Source: Octopus sinensis (Eukaryota). From it: a stretch of 64,000 nt of DNA. Positions 53,415 through 64,000 of the stretch are shown in pieces (position 1 is the stretch's first letter; the number at the start of each line of letters is the position of its first letter). The notes below the pieces were generated by a model. It did not search any database and was not told the origin of the DNA. It was given only the letters and a program-made list of their open reading frames with translations. The stretch spans positions 50,096,001-50,160,000 of the forward strand of contig NC_043003.1 in the NCBI RefSeq assembly GCF_006345805.1. The letters are read 5' to 3'. The translations under genes and the position numbers were made by a program.

Positions 53415-55260
53415 TATGTATAATTAACCAGATAAAAAAATTTATAAATAGAATGAAATGGAAGGCTCACTACTACAATAACAACAATCCTAATAAGAAC
53501 AATACTAACATGGAAGATATAGACTATATAAAGAGAAACTTCAAATCTGGGCAGAAACCTCCCAATAACAGAATTATAAAGGACTTTGAGGAGAAAATAC
53601 GGAATATGTTGAAAAATATCAAATTCAAAATATACCATAACAGCTACAACAACAGCAACTTGGCTAGAAAAATAGAAATACTAAAGAACCAGGATGGAGC
53701 TATAGCGCAATCTGATAAGACCAGGAATTTATACAGACTGGATACACCACTTTATGATAAACTACTGGAAAAGGAAATAATGAAAAAATATAAGGTAGTT
53801 AATAAAAATTATTTAGATAATATTAACATAATTTCCAAAAAAATCATGGTTAAATTTGATATTGAAAATAGAACTGAACCATATGTTCCGATGCATCCAA
53901 GAATAATGATTAAAGACCATAAGGATAATTTTTACTCAACCCCACCCAAATAAGATTAATATGCCCTAGCAAGTCAGATATAGGTAGACTTAGTAAATTA
54001 ATATTGGATAAATATATTGGTAAATTAAATAAGTTAGATAACCTTAAACTCTGGAATTGTACCCAAGATACTATAAAATGGTTTAACAATATTAAGGATA
54101 AGAATAGATGTAAATTCTTTCAAATTGATAGAGAATTATTATTCATCCATGGGAAAGGTAAATATGCCAATTGAAGTAAAAGTAGTGTTGTCCGCGTGGA
54201 AGTCCATTATAAAATATAAAGATAAACTATGGGCAAGAAAAGACACTAGTGATTGTTTTGATATATCCATGGGTGTCCTTGATTCAGCCGAGGCTACCGA
54301 TCCTGTAGGTTTATATCTCACATCTGAACTAGTAATAGAATTCACAAATATAGAGGGTGGTCTTTATAGGGACGACCTACTACTTATAACTAGGATTGTA
54401 CCAATAGGTCATTAGAATGTCTTAAGAAGAAAATTTACAAGTTCTTAAAGAATAATGGACTAGGAATATCTATAGAGTTAAATGACTGAAACTAGAAAAA
54501 GAATAAAAGAATAAAAGAATAAAAGAATAAACAGACACAGAACACATTGTTGAATGTAGGCTGTCATAGTTGACAACTTGAGGTGGTGAGCTGAAAATAA
54601 TTTTCAGTCAATTGCAATTATAACCGTAAGGAGAAAATTTATCAGAGTAAATGAAAATTATTCTCACAACAAGTAAGGGAGTGAACTCAGATAATTTCAA
54701 TCGATCAAATATGACATTAAATTACGTTGGGCAGAGAACGAGTCTAACCTTTGTACGCATTGGTTGTGGTGGTGTTATTGTTTTTACACTAAGACTAGCC
54801 CTGATCTATGGTCAATCATGTTCCTTCCTCTTCAAATCTAATCATACACTGTATCTCACCTTTGTTCAATACAAATAAGAGGAAATTTTTGATGCTATGT
54901 CAAACAGGTATAATCGACGACAGGGCCGTCTGAGCAGCACTGCGGGCCCCAGTGATTGCATTGGGGTTTATGTTAGTCCTTGACAGTAAGCCACTACCAT
55001 ACTTATACAGTAAATTATCTAGACGTCAACCTTAATCTAGTCACTAATAAGATCCATCCATTCCATAGATTGAATGAAAACCTAAAGTATATTATTTCTT
55101 CAAGTAACCATCCTAAATCAGTTAAAGAAGCCTTTATATTGGTAAAAGAATATCTATGCTATCCTCAGATTATGACACTTTTAATAAACATGCCCCATAT
55201 TATAATAGAGCATTAAAAGAAGCAGGATACAACTCTAATATAAAATTCTTTAATTATTAC
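53415..55260 (+). mobile_element. Penelope-like element reverse transcriptase pseudogene, split by an insertion at ~54478-55004
   Basis: Translates to SDKTRNLY, KDHKDNF..P.K*RLICPSKSDIGRLSK, FDISMG..D.AE..D.VGLY, GLYRDD, TVNYLDVNLNL, SSNHP, RISMLSSDYDTFNKHAPYYNRALKEAGY; contains stops and frameshifts. Confidence 0.88.
54475..55004 (+). repeat. ~520-bp direct duplication, copy 1 (inside the PLE RT)
   Basis: Near-identical to 56445-56960; the ORF-track peptides at 54651 and 56606 differ by a few residues. Confidence 0.92.
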
Positions 55261-56444
55261 AAACACATTAATAATGATAATAGCATAACAAGTATTCCTA
55301 ATAAATCTAATAATAAATCTAGCAGTAAAATGTGAATAATAATAATAAAAGACAATATAACAAACTAAATAAAGATAAAAATAATATAGTTGTTAATAAG
55401 GATTACAATAATAATAGTAATAATGATAATGAGAATAAGAGCAATAATAAAAAAAACAAACATAGTAAGCAGTGTAAGAGATAAGAGATTGCTTCGGGCT
55501 CGCATTAGGCACGAAATAGAAAATTTATTTGGACCATGACACTGCATTGACCCTAAGTAAAGCATGTTTAAGAACTACTATTCTAGACTGATAGGTCGTG
55601 CCAGATTTGCGAACGCCATTCATCTATGACCTTATCAGCAGTTAAAGCAGAGTTCAAAGTACACTATTCGTTTCAAATATTCCACTTTAAAATTCATGTT
55701 TGTTAAAGCTGTATTATTAAATTTGATTTCATCAAGTTTTTCAATGTTGAGTGATTTTATTTCCCCTATTATTCTATTTCTATATAGTTCATAATATTTA
55801 CGAGTGTGTGTGGTGCTGTTTCGTCTTAGATATGTATGAACGGTATTTCAAGTGTTTAGGCGTATTCATTCGCCACACACGCAATCAAATAAGCAAATGA
55901 ATAAAGCAACACGTGACTTGAACTACGCTTTTTGTTTCAATGAGATGATTCCCAGTAGATTCCCTATTTAATCCCAAGCGATCTATTACTGTTAATTGTT
56001 TTGGTTCAATACATGTCAGTAAAACTCATGACATGGAAAACAAATATTAAAAAAAAAGTTGAATGGTTATGTAGAGGTGCAGGAGTGGCTGTATGGTAAG
56101 AAGTTTGCTTCCTAACTACATGGTTCTGGGTTCAGTGCCACTATGTGGAAACTTGGGCAAATGTCTTCTTCTATAGCCACGGCCGACTAAAGCCTTGTGA
56201 ATGGATTTGGTAGACGGAAACTGAAAGAAGACTGTTGTACATAGATATGTATATATCTGTGTGAGTGTCTTTGCATCAATGTTTGTTCCCCGCCCCATCC
56301 GTCACCACTTGACAACCTGTGTTGGTGTGTTTGAGTCCCCGTAACTTAGCGGGTCTGCAAATTACTAGTCCCCCGCCACAATAAATTCTGGAGTCGATTT
56401 GTTCGACTTAAAAGCAGTTCAAGACGGTGTTTCAGCTCGGCCGC

Positions 56445-56960
56445 AGTTAAATGACTGAAACTAGTAAAAGAATAGAAAAATAAACCGACGTAGAGCACAT
56501 TGTTGAGTGCAGGCCGTCATAGTTGACGACTTGAGGTGGTGAGCAGAAAAAATAATTTCCAGTCAATTGAAATTATAACCGCAAGGAGAAAATTTATCAG
56601 AGTAAATGAAAATTATTCTCACAACAAGTAAGGGAGTGAACTCAGATAATTTCAATCGATCAAATATGACATTAAATTACGTTGGGCAGAGAACGAGTCT
56701 AACCTTTGTACGCCTTGGTTGTGGTGGTGTTATTGTTTTTACACTAAGACTAGCCCTGATCTATGGTCAATCATGTTCCTTCCTCTTCAAACCTAATCAT
56801 ACAATGTATCTCACCTTTGTTCAATACGAATAAGAGGAAATTTTAGATGCTATGTCAAACAGGTATAATCGACGGCAGGGCCGTCTGAGCAGCACTGCGG
56901 GTCCCAGTGATTGCACTGGGGTCTATGTTAGTCCTTGACAGTAAGCCACTGCCATACTTA
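56445..56960 (+). repeat. ~520-bp direct duplication, copy 2 (probable donor: SINE-B tail plus flank)
   Basis: Continuous with the full SINE-B at 56075-56480. Confidence 0.92.
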
Positions 56961-58478
56961 GATCAGATTTGGGTTCCACTGTGCCCAGGCCTTAAGATGG
57001 CGCTATATAGTGGTAGGTTCATTAGTGGTGAATTTAGCTCTGATGGAGTTTTCTCTGACGTCAATGATGATCATTATTAACTTCGAAACTCTGATGTCAC
57101 GTACACTAGTCTCGTTGCCTAAGAATGAGATAATCCTTGTACTTTGAGGGCAATCTCAAGAGAGAGCAAGAGACTAGCAGAGTGAACTGTATAATATCTG
57201 ACAGCAGACAACCTGAAACAATTGCTTCACTTTTCCCCAGGATAATCACGAATCTCCATATTTTGGCTTTGAGTTTCATAATTACTGGCATGGTACACGA
57301 AGAGATGGAGATGATTCTTCCATTACTTAATAAATAGAGAAGGATAAGGCGGTGAGCTGGCAGAATCGTAGCACGTCGGGCATTTCATCTGTCTTTACGT
57401 TCTGAGTTCAAATTCTGCCGATGTCGACTTTAACGTTCATCCTTTCGGGGTCGATGAAATAAGTACCAGTTGAGCACTGATGTCAATGTAATCGACTAAC
57501 CCACTTCCCGGAAATTGCTGGCCTTGTGCCAAAATTTGAAACCAGTTTTTAAAGTAATCAAAGTTGTATAGTATTTGGGAGGGGACAAATATAATCGACT
57601 ATGCCATTTGTCCTTTCGGGGTTGATAAAATAAGTACCAGTTAAGCTCTTAATCGACTTACCCTTTCCCCTTAGATTACTGGAATTCTGCCAAAATTTGA
57701 AACCAAATTAGTAGAGTAAGGTGTGAGGGAATTTCGCTACTGTTTCTAGGAAGCCTAGTGAAGATGTAGCTGTTTCCTCGTTGGTTCGTTGCCGGTGAAT
57801 GTTGCGGGTTAAAGCGTTCTGTATATTTGGCGTTTGTAAAAGATGTGGCTGCTGATGAAAGCGGGAAAGACAGAAAAGACAGAAAAAGGAAAAAAATAAA
57901 CTAAAAATGGGGAGCTAAAACAAAAAAAAAAAAGGAAATGAAATAGAATAAATTAACGAACAAAAAAAAAAACTCAAACATTAATAAATATGGTAAAACG
58001 TACGCGCACACAATCACACACATACACATATTCATACACAAACACATACACAAGCACAAACAAAAAAAAGCAGATTCACACACACTCACACACACCTTTG
58101 CACCAGTAGAAACACATGTGTTTTAATATTTCTTTAAAAAGAGAGAGAAAAAAAAAGCAAATGACACATTAAATGAGAAAAATACATACTTTCTTTTCTT
58201 TTCTGTTAATTTTGATTTACCAAGATGTATGTATGTATGTATGTATGTATGTATGTATGTATGTATGCAAGCATGAATGTACGTAAACATATCTAAATAT
58301 ATATATTTGCACACATCCATACCTATATATATACACACAAACATGCATACATACATACATACATACATACAACATACATACATATATATATATATGTATA
58401 TAATTATACATATATACATGTATGATTATCTATATGCATGTATATATGTATAGTATATCTATATATATATATGTATAT

Positions 58479-58543
<65 letters not shown>

Positions 58544-58730
58544 ATATGTAATATATCAATAAAAAATAGTATACATAAATATATGTACATAAAACATATA
58601 CACATTTATACATATAAATAAACACATACACACACAACAAACATAGATGTTATTTACATACCTGCGTACGTATGTATACATTTATGTATGTATGTATGTA
58701 TATGTCTCTCTGTCGTCTATCTATCTATCT

Positions 58731-58768
<38 letters not shown>

Positions 58769-58852
58769 ATCTTCTATCTATTCTATCTATCTATCTCTAT
58801 ATATATGTATATATGTGTTATAATATATATATATATATATAATGTATATATG

Positions 58853-58908
<56 letters not shown>

Positions 58909-59191
58909 GCACGCCTGTGTGTTGGCTTATTAATTGTTTCGTTTCGTTTCACTTAGGTTTTCCCCGCTTTTTTTTCTTCAATTTTGTACGTCTTTATATA
59001 TGTGTATGCATTTTATTTTTGTAGGTCTTCTTTCTCCAAACAATTTCCACTTCATCAGAAATCTAATACTTTTCCTCAAGTTGCTACGTATTTGCTTTAG
59101 CTATTTTTTCCAGCAGGATTCATTAGTCTGAAAAATTAACATATGACACACACACGCACACATACACACACGCACAAACACACACACACGC

Positions 59192-59224
<33 letters not shown>

Positions 59225-59300
59225 GTGATTAACTCGCAGAGACACATGTACACGCACAGACACACATATTAACTCGCAAGGACACATGCATGTATACACA

Positions 59301-59361
<61 letters not shown>

Positions 59362-59742
59362 ACACACATACACACATACATAGCGCGCTCACACACATGC
59401 GCGTAGATGTGCACTGACACAGTTTCTCTCACACCCACATACATACTCACGTTGTATAATTATAAACAGCAATTCCGGTTGCAGATTGAGTATACATCCC
59501 ACCGCATTTGAGCTTATATGCGTGTTTGTGTGTGTGTGTGTGTGTGTTGTTTGTGTGTATAAGGGTGTACATGTGATTGGCTACGTATATATATATATAT
59601 ATATTATATATATATATATATATACATATATATGTTTATTTGTCTTGTCTATGTTGTATATATGTGTGTGTATATGTTGTTGTGTGTCTGTGTGAGTGTC
59701 TGTGTATAGGAGAGAGATATAGACAGACAGACAGACAGACAG

Positions 59743-59810
<68 letters not shown>

Positions 59811-59831
59811 GATATAGATAGATAGATAGAC

Positions 59832-59902
<71 letters not shown>

Positions 59903-60149
59903 CACATACATACATGCATACGTACATATATAGGCACACAGACACAGGCGCATGCTCACGTATGCATGCTTAATCTGCATCCGCAAACGCTGTTGGTAAT
60001 TACGTTTTGAAAATCACAGACACTCGTACGCGCACACATACACGCAGTATGTGAACGTGCACGTGTGTGTGTGAGAGAGAGAGAGTGTATGTGTGTGTGT
60101 GTGTGTATGTTCGTGGTTCCAGAGTATACAAATATACATAAACATACAT

Positions 60150-60182
<33 letters not shown>

Positions 60183-60708
60183 TACATACATACATACATA
60201 CATACATAAATACATACATACATACATGCATACATGCATACATACATACACACATTCATTATATATATGTATATATTCCGCTTGGCCAAAGCATTACCAA
60301 TAGCTGCTGGTTAGGACCCAATATATTGCGCATTATTAAACAGATTCAGCACCTAATTTCGATATGAACCAGAAGATTCCTACACCGGATAATATTTGCA
60401 AATTTATTCTGACTTTACATTATGAGTTGCAATACCGCCACGATAGACTTTGTATTTCATCCTTTAAGGGTCGATAAAATAAGTATCAGCTTAATACTAG
60501 GGTCAAGGTTATCGACTAGCCCACCCGCTAGAGTTGCTGGTCTTGTGCCAAATTTTGAAACCAATATTAATTTATAAATAATTGACAAAAGAACAAGAGT
60601 TATGTAATCACCTTCATTAGCTCACAACTGTTCCTACAAGGAACAGTGCACAGAAATATATATACATATGCATAATATCTATCTATATCTATCTATCTAT
60701 CTATCTAT

Positions 60709-60745
<37 letters not shown>

Positions 60746-60805
60746 GTCCCATCTGTGTGCAGCCCTGTGAGCCAATAAAGAAACTTATCTACATACATAC
60801 ATACA

Positions 60806-60862
<57 letters not shown>

Positions 60863-60959
60863 TATATATATATATATATAATATAATATATTAGTAATAA
60901 TATATATATATATATATAATATATATATATACATATATAAATATATACACATTTATGGC

Positions 60960-61205
60960 ATATACATATTTACATGCATTACATACACATATGTAATCAC
61001 ACGCGCTTTTTCCTGTCTGGACTGTTTTCCCTCTCAGGACATTTCCTTTTTCCTTTTTCTGACAAAGAGTCATACCCGAAACGTTAAAATCGTTCTATTT
61101 TTTTCCCCATTACTGAGCGTCAAGCTAATACATTCCATGTGTACGTCTTGTTGTTGTTTTATTATTTGTTACTTTCAGTGTTCGATTTGAATATATAATC
61201 ATCTA
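60960..61205 (+). mobile_element. Family H2 relic, copy 4
   Basis: ttttt CTGACAA A GAG tcata ccc GAAA CGTT aaaa, then ctgagcgtcaagctaatac. Confidence 0.55.
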
Positions 61206-61229
61206 TTAGTGCTCAGAGAAATTAAATTC

Positions 61230-61313
61230 TTAAACTTCAACTTCCTCATCAGAGTAAGGCGATCCACTGCTTCCCTTGATGTTGCACTCGTCTGAAGAAA
61301 CGTCTTGAATTTT
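61230..61313 (-). CDS. Candidate terminal coding exon E: KIQDVSSDECNIKGSSGSPYSDEEVEV*
   Basis: Acceptor gatatcattttgcag|; phase 0; 27 codons plus TAA; AATAAA on the same strand about 67 nt downstream. Confidence 0.5.
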   Translation of the reverse strand, partial: KIQDVSSDECNIKGSSGSPYSDEEVEV

Positions 61314-61599
61314 CTGCAAAATGATATCCCGCAATGAAGATTCTTGTTAGTTGATTTTAGGGTGCCTCAGTATTAGTTAGGTCTGTTTGCATAATATGCA
61401 TTGTTATATCAGCTCTCATGAAACAGCTGTAAAGAAAAGGCCTGCTTATATCATGTAAAGTGTATATGCAAATTTTCATTTATAAATGCAGCTGTTTGTT
61501 TATTCCGTCACACTTCTTGCCATGTAAATACACACATACACACAAACACACGCACACATGCACATACTGAGTAGGATAGAGAGAGAGAGAGAGAGAGAG

Positions 61600-61637
<38 letters not shown>

Positions 61638-62147
61638 ACTGAGTGAGATAGATAGATAGAAAGATAGAAGAAAACAGCGAGATAAATATGGCAGGTCAAC
61701 AAAAACCCTTCGTAACTCGTTTTTAACATGGATTATGCTCTTAAAGCGGTCAACGAATAATTAGATATCAAACAGTGGTGGACCAGAAGCAAATGGAAAA
61801 GAAAAAAAGAAAAAAACAGCAAGACTGAAGGTTATATATGCCATGCGATATTGATTTATGTATATTATTTCGCTGATTTGCAAACACAATTCCGCATATT
61901 GGAAGACAGTGCTTCAAGAATTCAGATTATACATAGCAGTTGGCAACGTGGTTGTAGATATAAAAGCGGTTGGGACATGAACAAAAACTGACTGGATTAG
62001 CACTGTCTGATAAGGTGGGGCGAAAAATACCTCCAAAATGCTAAGCTTAAACGCACGCGCACACACACACACACACATGCACCAAAAAACTTTTTAGTTG
62101 GACCGGAAGAGCCGTGCCCGTGAGCATCTTTTGAGCTCTCGACATAC

Positions 62148-62212
62148 GTGTGTGAAAGGAAGGTATCCAGGAACTGGAAACCTTATCCCGAAAGCTTGCA
62201 ACAGAGTGAGTT
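62148..62212 (-). CDS. Candidate exon D: (Q)LTLLQAFGIRFPVPGYLPFTH
   Basis: Strong acceptor ctttttgttgcctttaacag|; 65 nt = 2 nt + 21 codons; donor CAC|gtatgt; phase 1 to phase 0. Confidence 0.55.
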
Positions 62213-62709
62213 CTGTTAAAGGCAACAAAAAGCCAGACATTAGTGTTAAGCCGGATCAAGCATACCGCTCAAATAAACGACTGTGGGATTTCAACTCAGA
62301 ATGCAAAGGGGAGGTTCAATTATCGCAAGGTACCGTATACGATTCTCTAACGCTTCCGCCAGTCTACCGCCTTGTATTGGTACTTTATTTAGCGACCTTT
62401 CTTGGATGAAAATAAAATATTGACCTTGGTGGAATTTGAACAAGGAAAGCAAAGTGCCGGAATAAGAACCAGTGATATATGTGTATATAAATATAAATAT
62501 AGATATATATACATACATACACTCACAAACACACACTCGCACGCAAACACACACACACACGCACACACATTTATTTGTATATGTAAATATATATATATAT
62601 ACTTATATGCATACATACTTATGCATACATGTGTGTGTATAAATATATATATATATATATTTACATATATATCTATGTATATTTGCTTATGCATGTGTGT
62701 GTGTGTATG

Positions 62710-62758
<49 letters not shown>

Positions 62759-62846
62759 GTATGTATGAGTGGGCGTCTCTGTGTGTATGCATGAATGTAT
62801 GTCTGTGATTCTATATGATGTGTGAGCGAGTAATATGACCCATTAC

Positions 62847-62892
62847 GTTGTTTCCGTACCATGGTTTCATATAGGTTATCGGTAGCCAGCAT
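62847..62892 (-). CDS. Candidate exon C: MLATDNLYETMVRKQ
   Basis: Acceptor cactgaacattctag|; 46 nt = 15 codons + 1 nt; donor AAC|gtaatg; phase 0 to phase 1. Confidence 0.5.
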
Positions 62893-63069
62893 CTAGAATG
62901 TTCAGTGGGCACAACGTTGAGATAATATAGCAAAAGTAAGACTAGATATTCTTTTATTTCGTTCCAGACGTGTTACTCAACTGTTAATAGAAGCCTTCAT
63001 TATTGTCTGACTTGCCTCACTTCTGTATTCAAAATCTAAGACTTTGAAGTTGGGTGCTTTTAAAAATTA

Positions 63070-63148
63070 CGATGACTGTTGCTTGTCATCACCGATGCCA
63101 TCGTCATCGTCATCGTCATCACCCATCACGAACGTCATCATCTTCACC

Positions 63149-63218
<70 letters not shown>

Positions 63219-63458
63219 CCACCATCATCACCACCACTACCACCACCACTACCACCACCACCACCTGCTCCACAACCCACTTGTGGGTGTTGTTATTATT
63301 GCTATAACTATTATTCTTATCATTATTGTTGTCGTTATAACTATTATTACTATTATTATTTTTAGTGTTGTTGCTGTTGTAGTTATTATCATTATTATTG
63401 TTATTATTGTTATTATTATATTATTGTTGTTGTTGTTGTTGTGTTGTTGTTGTTGTTG

Positions 63459-63520
<62 letters not shown>
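63070..63520. repeat. Compound trinucleotide tract (CAT/CAC/TAT/GTT), intronic to the candidate gene; representative of dozens of TA, CA, GA, TATG, TATC and TAA tracts window-wide
   Basis: Direct inspection. Confidence 0.95.
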
Positions 63521-63523
<3 letters not shown>

Positions 63524-63552
63524 CATTCGTTAGTTTGAAAGATTATCTCTAC

Positions 63553-63593
63553 TTCTCGTCCACTGAACATCGTTAGATATTCACTTAGATAAC
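63553..63593 (-). CDS. Candidate exon B: (S)YLSEYLTMFSGRE
   Basis: Acceptor ataattcctcgtag|; 41 nt = 2 nt + 13 codons; weak donor GAA|gtagag; phase 1 to phase 0. Confidence 0.45.
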
Positions 63594-63930
63594 CTACGAG
63601 GAATTATTCATTTTAATGGCTACTTTTATGCACACATACATACATACATACATACATACATACATACATACATACATACACATACATACATACATACATG
63701 CATACACACATACGTCATACATACGCATTTTTGTGTGTATGCATGTATCATATACATTTATATGAATATAAATATACACACACATTTACATAAATAAAAA
63801 TACAAAAGTATGTGTGAATAAATGTGTATATAAATGTGTATATAAATGTGTGTATGTGTGTGTGTGTGTGTGCGTGTGTGTATTTGTGTACATAAATAAG
63901 TTGATGTATGTGTGAATGTGTGCTTGTTAC

Positions 63931-64000
63931 TTAGTCCAAGAAAAACAGACAATGTTTCTAATTTTTGCAGGTCTTCCCAGACAAGTAAAATTGATGCGAT
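63931..64000 (-). CDS. Candidate exon A (runs off the window) of a minus-strand gene with a C-terminal SAM-like domain: IASILLVWEDLQKLETLSVFLGL
   Basis: Frame open from the window edge; donor A|gtaaca at 63930; ends in phase 1, matching exon B. Confidence 0.5.

Noticed and set aside
53264-53953. 229-aa ORF as an intact gene
   Set aside because: The first ~45 codons come from an antisense SINE-B; the rest is a PLE RT fragment ending at a premature stop.
63971-64000. Plus-strand acceptor tttttgcag| at the window end
   Set aside because: The same bases fit the phase-consistent minus-strand exon chain better and cannot be extended within the window.

Overview
AT-rich, microsatellite-saturated animal genomic DNA. 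From my recall of the repeat families it is most likely an octopus (coleoid cephalopod); this is inference, not a database result. About two thirds of the window is repeats. These include at least six tRNA-derived or related SINE families (working labels SINE-A to F), decayed RTE, R4/Dong-like and Penelope-like retroelements, mariner/Tc1/pogo remnants, and hAT-, Merlin- and Helitron/Helentron-like MITEs, several with verifiable target-site duplications. Most ORFs in the supplied track are simple-repeat or SINE artefacts. The best host-gene candidate is a phase-consistent 5-exon 3' end of a minus-strand gene (64000->61230) encoding a SAM-like domain; weaker exon candidates lie at 28.3-32.9 kb and 47-48 kb. 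The most unusual structure is a ~470-bp near-perfect palindrome (48441-48912) whose two arms each carry a minimal type I hammerhead ribozyme with the compensatory U3:A8 core variant. Five other hammerhead relics and several other fold-back elements sit in or beside TA/CA tracts. No CRISPR array, rRNA or genuine tRNA gene was found. All calls were made by eye and coordinates of SINE copies are approximate.
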